Shown: positions 38,185 through 46,689 of the stretch, in pieces
Position numbering within the stretch: position 1 is the stretch's first letter
Layout: each line of letters starts with the position of its first letter
Source: Candidatus Woesearchaeota archaeon
Lineage (GTDB): Archaea; Nanobdellota; Nanobdellia; SCGC-AAA011-G17; JACPIM01
Length of the DNA: 64,000 nt
Direction: 5' to 3'
Assembly (NCBI GenBank): GCA_964432435.1
Contig: CAYSNL010000001.1
Location: forward strand, 10,511-74,510
Notes under the pieces: generated by a model
The model's database searches: none
Told to the model about the DNA's origin: nothing
What the model saw: only the letters and a program-made list of their open reading frames with translations
Program-made: the position numbers and the translations under genes

Positions 38185-38300
38185 AAATAGGTCCATTATG
38201 GCGCAACAGGACCTGTATTAGTATATATAAGGACCTGTATTGGACTCATTAGAGCACAAGACCTATAATGGACCTAATGGTATATAGGACCTATACTAGA
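38185..38300 (+). repeat. Iteron-like array of GGACCT-containing repeats
   Basis: GGACCTGTATT at 38209-38219 and 38231-38241; inverted copies TAGGTCCATTATGG (38188-38201) and ATAATGGACCTA (38265-38276); GGACCTATAC at 38288-38297. Flanked upstream by a very AT-rich 100 nt. Confidence 0.5.
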
Positions 38301-38313
38301 TTGAATAGAATAA

Positions 38314-39513
38314 ATGATTAATTTACTATATGATCTACAGCTAAGCGTATTAGACTCATTAGATGACGGGAATTTTATTATGACTACGGACTCTAATGTA
38401 AATGTAGCCACTGTATTGATAAAAAATTTACTTAATTTGTCTAATAACATAAAAATTTATGTTTTAGTGCCGCCAAAGTCTAAAATCCTAAACTTTAAAA
38501 ATTATTTATTAAGTGACATACAATCTTCCAATTTAGACTTTATTGAGTACAAATATTATGGAAATCCGTTCGTAGATAGGATGTCCTTTTTTAGTCGAGA
38601 TTTAATTCAATCTCTGAAGAACTTGAAAGTTGATATTGTCTATACTAATGATCCATGCAAAGTTCTGGGGTATAAGACAGTGCTATATAGTCTATTATCA
38701 AAACCGGTTCCAGTGATGTCCAGAAATCACTGGGTGACCGGAAAGACAGACTATAAGGTTCCACAATACATTGACTTTGCTCTTAGACAATGCGAAGGAG
38801 CTTTGTATTCTGATAATGCTACTTTCAATTCAAAATTTGCTGTCGATTCATTCTTATATAATGCAGAACAATACTTGAATAAAGAGACGATAGAGTCACT
38901 GTCTAAAAAATTAGATCATATAGAATGTGTAGACATAGATAAAATTGATCAATATAGAACTGATGAAAAGTTTGATGAATTTACTATGATTTTTGCAAAT
39001 AGACTTAGTTATTACACTGGATGGAAAGAGACATTAGACGCTATAAATAGACTATGGAAAAGACGAAAAGATTTTCAAGTCATAGTCCCAGACCCTGGAA
39101 ATAAATTCAAACAAGAAGACTTATTTTCTGAATATAATTTTATTAAGACAGTGAATAAAGATACTTGGACTCATGAAGATTACATAAAAACCTGTTGGAA
39201 AGTAGATGCCTGTATAGGTAACCATAAATATCCGGCTACTTGGGGCGGACTGGCTATAACAGAACCAATGGCAGCGTACAGTATTCCTATTATTCCTAAA
39301 AGACACGCTTATTTAGAAATGTTTGATTCAGACTCTCATTCTTTTTTTACTGATGAAAATGATCTTATTAGAGCCATTGAATTTTATTTAGACAATAGAG
39401 AAATTTTAGAGAAAGATAAGCTAAGAGCCAGAGCCTTTTGTGAAAAGAATCTTTCACCTCAAAAATTTGCTGAATTTATTTTAGATAAGCTTAATATGCT
39501 ATGCATATCATAA
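38314..39513 (+). CDS. GT-B (GT4-like) glycosyltransferase
   Basis: C-terminal WGGLAITEPMAAYSIPII matches the GT4 E-x7-E motif (EGFGLPVLEAMACGTPVIA type). Confidence 0.6.
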   Translation: MINLLYDLQLSVLDSLDDGNFIMTTDSNVNVATVLIKNLLNLSNNIKIYVLVPPKSKILNFKNYLLSDIQSSNLDFIEYKYYGNPFVDRMSFFSRDLIQSLKNLKVDIVYTNDPCKVLGYKTVLYSLLSKPVPVMSRNHWVTGKTDYKVPQYIDFALRQCEGALYSDNATFNSKFAVDSFLYNAEQYLNKETIESLSKKLDHIECVDIDKIDQYRTDEKFDEFTMIFANRLSYYTGWKETLDAINRLWKRRKDFQVIVPDPGNKFKQEDLFSEYNFIKTVNKDTWTHEDYIKTCWKVDACIGNHKYPATWGGLAITEPMAAYSIPIIPKRHAYLEMFDSDSHSFFTDENDLIRAIEFYLDNREILEKDKLRARAFCEKNLSPQKFAEFILDKLNMLCIS

Positions 39514-40436
39514 TAACTGGTTGTGATAAAACTGGAAAAAGTTTTTTGGCTAGAGAGTTAAGCAAACGTTTATATTTTCCAGTTATCAATAGGCTAGTTC
39601 CAAAACAAAATATTTTTATAGAATGTATTGACACGTTAACTGAATTAAAAAGTCCAATGATAATAGATAGATTTCATATAGATGAAGAAGTCTATGGACC
39701 AATAAAACGTGGAAAAAGTAGATTTGATTTTAGACAATATAAGATAATAGAGCTTTTGATGTTGATGTTAAAAACAGTTAATGTTTATTGTATAGATTCG
39801 GAAAGTTCAATTCAGTCTAGAATAAACTTATCAAAAGAAAATGAATACATATCTAGTAACGAAGTCAACATAATTTTACGGTCATATGATAATTGCTTAA
39901 GGACCAGTATTTTAACTTGGAATACGTATAAATTAGGAGATGATATTAGTCCATTAGTAAGTTTGATACAAAAACAAACACTGAATTTAAGACGCAGACT
40001 TAATTTTTTGTCCTATAGGACAATAGGAAATTTACTCGGATCTATTTTAATAGTTGGAGATAGATATGGAGACAAATTATTGCCACCTCTAATTCCATTT
40101 GGTAATAATGAGCCAGGACTAAGATTATTTTTAGCTTTAGAAAAGTCTAATCTGTCTTGGTCTGATATAATAATAACTAACTCAATTAAATTAAATAAAA
40201 ATGAAATCGGACTAGAAATTGACAATAAAAAAGCTTTAATTGAAGAATGTTCTTTGCCGAATATAAAAGTCATAGTCTGTTTGGGAAATAACGCGTATAA
40301 TAATGTATTGGCCATTAAACCAAAAATTTCGAACAATGTCATAATAAACAAAATACCTCACCCGAGTGCTTGGTTTGTCTATCAAAATAAATCCATAGAA
40401 AGTTATTCGAGACTAATAGATGCAGCAATACTTTAA
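39501..40436 (+). CDS. P-loop (deoxy)nucleotide kinase-like domain fused to a UDG-superfamily-like domain
   Basis: N-terminal IIITGCDKTGKSFLAREL Walker A. C-terminal IPHPSAWF (HPS motif B of uracil-DNA glycosylase fold) preceded by ILIVGDRYGDK in the motif A position. Confidence 0.45.
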   Translation: MHIIITGCDKTGKSFLARELSKRLYFPVINRLVPKQNIFIECIDTLTELKSPMIIDRFHIDEEVYGPIKRGKSRFDFRQYKIIELLMLMLKTVNVYCIDSESSIQSRINLSKENEYISSNEVNIILRSYDNCLRTSILTWNTYKLGDDISPLVSLIQKQTLNLRRRLNFLSYRTIGNLLGSILIVGDRYGDKLLPPLIPFGNNEPGLRLFLALEKSNLSWSDIIITNSIKLNKNEIGLEIDNKKALIEECSLPNIKVIVCLGNNAYNNVLAIKPKISNNVIINKIPHPSAWFVYQNKSIESYSRLIDAAIL

Positions 40437-42384
40437 AAAATCAATGACGTTGGTTAAGTCTAAATTAGACTTTTCAGATCTTTTAAGGTTTATTGCAAAG
40501 TCACAAAGCCTAGTCATAGATACTGAGACTTCAGGTCTAAGACTATGGCAAGATGATTTTGTGTCTGCTATTGGGATTGGAGATATAGACAGACAATTTT
40601 TTCTAGATTTGCGTCCTGATTGTTTGGATTATGAAATTAGTTTAAGTGAACTATTTGACTCTTTAAGAAAGACTAAAGTTATTATTGGCCATAATATAAA
40701 ATTTGACTTAGCCGGCCTATTAAGACTAGGATACGAGGTTCCAGATAATCAAGAAATTCATGACACAATTGTAATGGCTAGGTTGTTATCAATAGAAAGA
40801 TTTCCTAAGTTAGGTCTCACTCCTTTAATCCAACAGTACATTTCAGAGTTTGGTAGTCAATATGATATAGACTTTAAGCAGTTCTTAAAGACTAATAAAA
40901 TAAAGCTGTATTCTCAGTCCCCTAGTTTAGAGCTTGGGATCTACTGTTTAAATGATGTTTACTATACAGCTAGTCTATATGAAAAATTTAAACAATCATT
41001 AGTTTCTTTAAACTTGGTTGGACTTTGGAATCATGAGATTAAAGTAACTAAGACAGTTTGGAAAATGGAAAAACAAGGAGTTTTAATAGACAAGAAATAT
41101 TGTAGCACGGCCTTAAGTGTAATTAGCTTAAAGTCTAAGCAATTGGAGTCTGAAATTAACGAAGTGGCTGGTGAAGATGTAAACTTAGGAAGTAACAAAC
41201 AGCTATCAAAATTTTTTAGGGGTCTTAAATTAGAGGCTCCAACAAAAACTAAGAAGGGGGGCGAAAGTTGGGGAGAGGCTTCTTTAATTTTATTAGACCA
41301 TCCAGTAGCTAAGAAATTGTTATCTTGGAGAGGACTTCAAAAATTAAAGACATCATATTTTGAGACATACTTAGAAAGAGAAAGTCCATTACATTGCTCA
41401 TTTAAAAACTGGGGTACTGTTACTGGACGGTTTTCTTGTGTTGATCCTAATTTTCAACAGCTACCTAAAGAATTGACTAAAATTTTTGATGAAGATGAGA
41501 CTAAAGAACTGTCAGAATTTCAAAAGGCTGCCATAGCCTTAGTGAAGGCTGATAAAGAACGCCAAGGAGGCGGTAAACTTTTAATAAAGTCTGTGTCTTC
41601 ATATGAAGATGATATATTTGATGAAGAGAAACACATTTCTGCTAAGAGGTCTATAGTTCCTAGAGATGGAAATGTTTTTCTTAGTTTTGACTATTCTCAA
41701 ATGGAACTTAAGATTTTATTTTTTTATCTAAACAATGATGAAGCTAGACAATATTTGAGTGATCCAGACTGGGATGGGCATTCTTGGGTGGCCACTAAAA
41801 TTTGGGGGATTTCAGATAAAGATCCTAGTTTTCCAGCTTTCCGAAAATTAGCCAAGGCTATAAACTTTGGAATTATATACGGAGAAGGTGATAGACTATT
41901 AGCGGCTCAACTAGGGAAGACTGTTAACGAAGCTAAGAAGTTTAGAGAAGAGTATTATGCTAAAATTCCTGGAATAAGAGATCTGATTAATGGGATTCAT
42001 AAAAAGGTACAGACTAGAGGATATGTTTTCAATTACTTTGGACGGAGATATTATGCAGACCAAGACAGAGAATATGTTTTATTAAATTATTTAATCCAAG
42101 GAACGAGCGCTGATTTAATTAAAAATAGAATGGTGGCGATTGATAATGATTTAGAATTAAGGTCTATTGGACTAAAGCTAATCTTACAAATTCATGATGA
42201 ACTAATTTTTGAATGTCCAAAAGATAAGATTGATTATTCAGTTAAACTAGTTAAACAGATTCTAGAATTTCCAGTTCTAAAGGTTCCATTGGCCTCTAAA
42301 GCATATATTCACTATCCTAGTTTGGCTAGTAAATTTGATTATGGATTAAATTGGAGAGATAATGCTGGACTTTCAATCAATTGA
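40420..42384 (+). CDS. Family A DNA polymerase (Pol I-like) with 3'-5' exonuclease domain
   Basis: Exo I LVIDTETSGL; motif B RKLAKAINFGIIYG; motif C LQIHDELIFE. Confidence 0.9.
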   Translation: MQQYFKKSMTLVKSKLDFSDLLRFIAKSQSLVIDTETSGLRLWQDDFVSAIGIGDIDRQFFLDLRPDCLDYEISLSELFDSLRKTKVIIGHNIKFDLAGLLRLGYEVPDNQEIHDTIVMARLLSIERFPKLGLTPLIQQYISEFGSQYDIDFKQFLKTNKIKLYSQSPSLELGIYCLNDVYYTASLYEKFKQSLVSLNLVGLWNHEIKVTKTVWKMEKQGVLIDKKYCSTALSVISLKSKQLESEINEVAGEDVNLGSNKQLSKFFRGLKLEAPTKTKKGGESWGEASLILLDHPVAKKLLSWRGLQKLKTSYFETYLERESPLHCSFKNWGTVTGRFSCVDPNFQQLPKELTKIFDEDETKELSEFQKAAIALVKADKERQGGGKLLIKSVSSYEDDIFDEEKHISAKRSIVPRDGNVFLSFDYSQMELKILFFYLNNDEARQYLSDPDWDGHSWVATKIWGISDKDPSFPAFRKLAKAINFGIIYGEGDRLLAAQLGKTVNEAKKFREEYYAKIPGIRDLINGIHKKVQTRGYVFNYFGRRYYADQDREYVLLNYLIQGTSADLIKNRMVAIDNDLELRSIGLKLILQIHDELIFECPKDKIDYSVKLVKQILEFPVLKVPLASKAYIHYPSLASKFDYGLNWRDNAGLSIN

Positions 42385-43249
42385 TTCTGCCTATACTGAG
42401 ATATTAAACATCTTAGATAAAGACGGATTTTTAAATAAGAGACGAAATGGAGAAGTAAAAGAATGCTATCATTTAATGATGTGTTTGTCTAATCCAAGAC
42501 ACAGAGTAATTCAAAATTCAAGCAGAAAGATAAGTCTATCAATGTTAGTCGGAGAATTTTTTTGGATTTTGTTTGGTAGAGATGATTTGGATTTTATATC
42601 CTTCTATAATTCAAAAATGATTGAATACTCCGATAATGGAAAGTCTTTATTTGGGGCATATGGAAAGCGTTTGACTAGTCAATGGTCTGGAGTTATAGAA
42701 AGAATCTTATCTGATAAACTAACTAGACAGGCAGTATTACCGATTATAGATAAAAGTGACTCTACGGCTATGACTAAAGATTTTCCATGTAATAATCTTC
42801 TTCATTTTTGGAGTCAAGACGGCACTAGTCTAAATTTAACCGTGTATATTAGATCTCAGGATATGTTTTTAGGATTTCCGTATGATGTTTTTCATTGGAC
42901 AATGTTTTTAGAGAACATGGCTATGACTTGTAATATGAGACTTGGGAAATACTATCATATAATGCAAAATTGTCATTATTACATTAAAGACTATGAAAAA
43001 GTTCAGTTGATAAAACAAGCTAATAGTTTTGTTAGTTTACCAATGAACTCTATATTAGAAAGTTGTTTTGATAAGTCTGTAGAAAATAGACTAATAGAAT
43101 CAGAATCAAAAACTCGGCAGAACGGGGTTTATGTAAACTTATTCGATGAAAAGTCAATTTGGTCAGACTTTATAAAAATAGTTCAGCATAGAAAAAGCAA
43201 TAAAAAAGTTTCTTTATTTGATGGAGCTTTAACTAATGTCTATAGATAG
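42362..43249 (+). CDS. ThyA-family pyrimidine C5-modifying enzyme, predicted deoxycytidylate hydroxymethylase
   Basis: Aligns with thymidylate synthase: FGAYGKRLTSQW (YGKQWRAW); DFPCNNLLHFW (APCHAFFQFY, catalytic Cys retained, PCH to PCN); RSQDMFLGFPYDVFHW (RSCDVFLGLPFNIASY). The substrate-specifying Asn is replaced by Asp, as in T4 dCMP hydroxymethylase. NCHYY (DTHLY). Confidence 0.65.
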   Translation: MLDFQSIDSAYTEILNILDKDGFLNKRRNGEVKECYHLMMCLSNPRHRVIQNSSRKISLSMLVGEFFWILFGRDDLDFISFYNSKMIEYSDNGKSLFGAYGKRLTSQWSGVIERILSDKLTRQAVLPIIDKSDSTAMTKDFPCNNLLHFWSQDGTSLNLTVYIRSQDMFLGFPYDVFHWTMFLENMAMTCNMRLGKYYHIMQNCHYYIKDYEKVQLIKQANSFVSLPMNSILESCFDKSVENRLIESESKTRQNGVYVNLFDEKSIWSDFIKIVQHRKSNKKVSLFDGALTNVYR

Positions 43250-43580
43250 ATTATTCAAAGATCAAGTTAGATTTACAGATAAGATCATTAATGATTTAAG
43301 TGTGAATGTATCTAAAACTGAGTTAATAAAAGAATATTTGCTGTCTTTGCATGATGAACTATCAGAAATTCTTCATTGCACAAATTGGAAATGGCATAGA
43401 GAAGATTACGGATCAGACATAGACTATGAGAATTTATATGTGGAATTAATAGACACACAAAAGTTTTTATGGGGGCTGATGCATATTTGTGGAATGGACA
43501 TAAATAAGTTTGAAGAAGTGTATGATAAGAAAAGTAAAATTGTAGAAGAGCGTTTAATGAAATTGAAAGGGAAACAATAG
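43236..43580 (+). CDS. MazG-like all-alpha NTP pyrophosphohydrolase (candidate dCTP/dUTP-clearing enzyme)
   Basis: 114 aa all-helical with acidic cluster (ELSEILHCTNWKWHREDYGSDIDYEN...ELIDTQKFLWGL); position between the ThyA-like gene and ThyX. Confidence 0.45.
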   Translation: MSIDRLFKDQVRFTDKIINDLSVNVSKTELIKEYLLSLHDELSEILHCTNWKWHREDYGSDIDYENLYVELIDTQKFLWGLMHICGMDINKFEEVYDKKSKIVEERLMKLKGKQ

Positions 43581-44363
43581 TTGAGTCAATTAATTCTACC
43601 TAAGGTATTCATCATAGGAGAGTCTAAGATTGATTCTGTTGGTTTGCAACAATTATTAAACCATTTGAGTGTTCCTGCATGGAAATCAGATGCTGACACC
43701 GATGTAGAAAAACTTCTGGAAGTCTATGGAAGGGCTTGCTATAAGTCATTTGATGTTATTCTAAATCCTAATTTAACTCGTGTAAGAAAGCACAATGATG
43801 AATACATAAAGAACATTATAGAAAAAGGAGACGGTAGTGTATTAGAACATGGTATGATTAATTTCTTTTTTGCTGATGTGAGTAGAGTTTTTACCCATGA
43901 GTTAGTTAGGCATCGTGTCGGAACAGCCATAAGTCAAGAGAGCTTAAGATTTGTTAGATTGACAGATTTGAACTGGTACGCCCCAATTTGTATTCAAGAG
44001 GATGTTCAGGCTATGGAGATTTTTTCAAGGACACTCAATAGTTTAAGTCAACTTCAAAAAGACTTGGCAGACCTATATAATATAGATAACATGTCTTTTG
44101 AGAAGAAAAAGGAATTAACTTCAGCTTTTAGACGTCTTGCCCCTGATGGGTTAGCTACAAATATCGGGTGGTCTGCAAATATTAGAACAATTAGACATGT
44201 ATTGGAGATGAGGACTAATCCCTCAGCTGAGGAAGAAATCCGATTAGTCTTTTCTCAAGTAGGAAAACTAATGAGGGAAAGATATAAGACGTTGTTTGAT
44301 GACTATGAGACCGAGATTGTTAATGGAATTGATTGGTACAAAACTAAACATAGAAAAGTATAA
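43581..44363 (+). CDS. thyX: Flavin-dependent thymidylate synthase ThyX
   Basis: ThyX signature RHR-x7/8-S: HELVRHRVGTAISQES; TTG start. Confidence 0.8.
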   Translation: MSQLILPKVFIIGESKIDSVGLQQLLNHLSVPAWKSDADTDVEKLLEVYGRACYKSFDVILNPNLTRVRKHNDEYIKNIIEKGDGSVLEHGMINFFFADVSRVFTHELVRHRVGTAISQESLRFVRLTDLNWYAPICIQEDVQAMEIFSRTLNSLSQLQKDLADLYNIDNMSFEKKKELTSAFRRLAPDGLATNIGWSANIRTIRHVLEMRTNPSAEEEIRLVFSQVGKLMRERYKTLFDDYETEIVNGIDWYKTKHRKV

Positions 44364-44375
44364 GGAGATCTAGAA

Positions 44376-44606
44376 TTGCAAGAGCCATTAAGTTTTGAAA
44401 AAATAATTACTGACTGTAGAGAGAAGCTGACTAAACTTCAAGCCACACTCGAGAGTGTACATCAAATAATATTGACCATATCTCAGTCTTATTACTGGAC
44501 TCCTGAATGGCAAGCCAAAGAGAAACGAGCAGACGAGGATGCTCGGGCTGGAAGGTCAAAACAGTTCAAATCTGCCGAAGAATTGATCAGGGAGTTGAAG
44601 TCATAG
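44376..44606 (+). CDS. Hypothetical small protein
   Basis: 76-aa ORF with GGAGA RBS. Confidence 0.35.
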   Translation: MQEPLSFEKIITDCREKLTKLQATLESVHQIILTISQSYYWTPEWQAKEKRADEDARAGRSKQFKSAEELIRELKS

Positions 44607-44766
44607 TCTATGCCCGAGTGGACATTGGGGAGCTCAGATGGCTTCAAGGCTGATTATAAGGCAAAGCCACCGATGTTCAGCCGAGGAAATATGAATAAGG
44701 CTCAAATGATTGATGATGTAGAAGATGCTATAAGCATTCTTATATGTGCTTTATTGAGGAATAACC

Positions 44767-45246
44767 ATGGTAAATAGACCTTCATGGGATGATTACTTCT
44801 TGGGGATTGCTAAAGTTGTAAGTAGCAGGGCTTCATGCCCTAGGGCAAGCTCAGGATGTGTTTTAGTTCTAGATAAGAGAATTTTGTCTACAGGTTATAA
44901 TGGGGCTCCTGTTGGAGAAAAGACGTGTTTAGATATAGGATGTAATGTAAAAGACAGACATTGTGTCAGGGCAGTACATGGCGAAAGAAATGCCATTTTG
45001 TGGGCTGAAAAATATTTTTCAGTAAAGCAACTAAAGGAAGCGACTTTGTACGAATACTATGCAGCTCATAGCGATGAATCAGTAAAGAATTATTATCCTT
45101 CTCAAGATTCTGTAGAGTCATTAGACTTTTTTCCGTGCAAACCATGTAAAGAATTGATGTTAGATAGAAAAATCAAAGAAGTAATTTGTCAATATGGGAA
45201 TGGAATTATAAAAGTCTATAAGAACTATCATATTGGAGAAAAGTAA
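44767..45246 (+). CDS. Deoxycytidylate (dCMP) deaminase
   Basis: HGERNAILWA (HAE-type zinc ligand motif) and FPCKPCKELM (PCxxC). Confidence 0.75.
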   Translation: MVNRPSWDDYFLGIAKVVSSRASCPRASSGCVLVLDKRILSTGYNGAPVGEKTCLDIGCNVKDRHCVRAVHGERNAILWAEKYFSVKQLKEATLYEYYAAHSDESVKNYYPSQDSVESLDFFPCKPCKELMLDRKIKEVICQYGNGIIKVYKNYHIGEK

Positions 45247-45390
45247 AATGGGAAATATTCAAGATTTATCTATTTATGATCCAGATATTTGGCTTAAGAT
45301 GTGTGTGACTTTAAAGATTGAGCTGCCAGACGAGGTTTGGAAAAAGTATATAGATGGCCTATATCCTAGTTTATTTTTTAGGGGGTAGAA

Positions 45391-45594
45391 ATGTCGCAAG
45401 CTTATAAGTGTGATATGTGTAAATGTTTATTTGATTATAGACCAACAAGAGAATTAGAGTTTTCAGAGCATTACGGGCCAGAGCCTGATGCTAAGAGAGT
45501 TCATGCAATAGCTGAAATGAGAGGTGATTATTGTAGAGATTGCTTAGCGGAGATTTTAAGAAATAAGATAAATTATTTGGGAAGACAAAAATGA
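45391..45594 (+). CDS. Small zinc-ribbon protein
   Basis: CDMCKC...CRDC. Confidence 0.35.
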   Translation: MSQAYKCDMCKCLFDYRPTRELEFSEHYGPEPDAKRVHAIAEMRGDYCRDCLAEILRNKINYLGRQK

Positions 45595-45658
45595 AAGAAA
45601 AGATTGGTAAAAAGCTAAATTTTGACCCATTATTCGGAGAAGACGGGGAGTAAATAAA

Positions 45659-45871
45659 TTGGCAAAAATTTCTCAGCAACTTTCTTTTACATTTAGAATC
45701 GGGGTAGATCAAAAAGGTCAATTTGCCAAAGTCACAGTACAAATTGATGAAATAGATACAGAATTACCAATAAAGGAGCAATTAGAGAAAGTTGATGGCG
45801 CTCTAGATAAAGTCTGGGCATACATAAAGAAGAAAGTTGATGCCCAGATAGATGAAGTATTAGATAATTGA
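45659..45871 (+). CDS. Hypothetical small protein
   Basis: 70-aa ORF; TGAATG junction with next gene. Confidence 0.35.
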   Translation: MAKISQQLSFTFRIGVDQKGQFAKVTVQIDEIDTELPIKEQLEKVDGALDKVWAYIKKKVDAQIDEVLDN

Positions 45872-46687
45872 ATGAAATCTTATTCTTTGTTAAATATAAC
45901 TGGGAATAAGAGAAGCATAGCAGACCAAATTTTTTCTATTTTACCATTAGATTGTTCAGGATTAACTTATGTTGATCCATTTTTTGGGTCTGGAGGAGCA
46001 TATTTCAATGTCTCAAGAAATTTTTTAAGCTATGAGTGTTCTGATTTATTTCCGCTTATTATAAATTTTATATGCCAAGATTTTTCAAATGAAATTTTAA
46101 GCGATTATTATAACAAAGTAACACAAAAATGGGACTTCCATAATAAAGATGCTTATTATAATTTTAGAGAATTTTGGAATGAAAATAGAGAAAAAGGTCC
46201 TAGAATTAAATATATAGGTTTTATGCTTTTAGCGGGAGCATGTATTAATGGTCTATATAGATTTGGCCCAAATGGTTTTAATCAGTCGTATGGAAATAGG
46301 ATAATGAAGAAAGAACAACTTTTAGACTATAAGAAACATATTAAGTCTAATAGTAGTTTTTCAATAAAGAATTTTTTAGACATAGTCCCGTCTAAAACTT
46401 CAGTATTGTATTTAGACCCCCCATATTCTGATACAGGGGCTTTAACTCAAATGTTTGGATTTTGGGAATTGGGTTTGGCGCAAGATTTAAATCTTATAAG
46501 ACTAATTAAGTCTCAAGATGAGTGTAACGGTAAGTTTATTCTTAGCACTATTAAAAATTCTTTTTTACATAATGAATTAAAAGACACATTTAGAAATATT
46601 GACATAAAGAAAACTTATAAAGTAAGTGTAGGAAAGCATTTAGCTTCGTCTCATGAAGAAATTATAGTTACAAATCTAGGAGATTAA
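45872..46687 (+). CDS. Dam-like N6-adenine DNA methyltransferase
   Basis: Motif I DPFFGSGGAYF and motif IV LYLDPPYSDT. Confidence 0.75.
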   Translation: MKSYSLLNITGNKRSIADQIFSILPLDCSGLTYVDPFFGSGGAYFNVSRNFLSYECSDLFPLIINFICQDFSNEILSDYYNKVTQKWDFHNKDAYYNFREFWNENREKGPRIKYIGFMLLAGACINGLYRFGPNGFNQSYGNRIMKKEQLLDYKKHIKSNSSFSIKNFLDIVPSKTSVLYLDPPYSDTGALTQMFGFWELGLAQDLNLIRLIKSQDECNGKFILSTIKNSFLHNELKDTFRNIDIKKTYKVSVGKHLASSHEEIIVTNLGD

Positions 46688-46689
46688 TC

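Noticed and set aside
42362-43249. Annotating the ThyA homolog simply as thymidylate synthase
   Set aside because: The Asp at the specificity position, PCN instead of PCH, and a co-encoded ThyX argue for a hydroxymethylase-type paralog instead.
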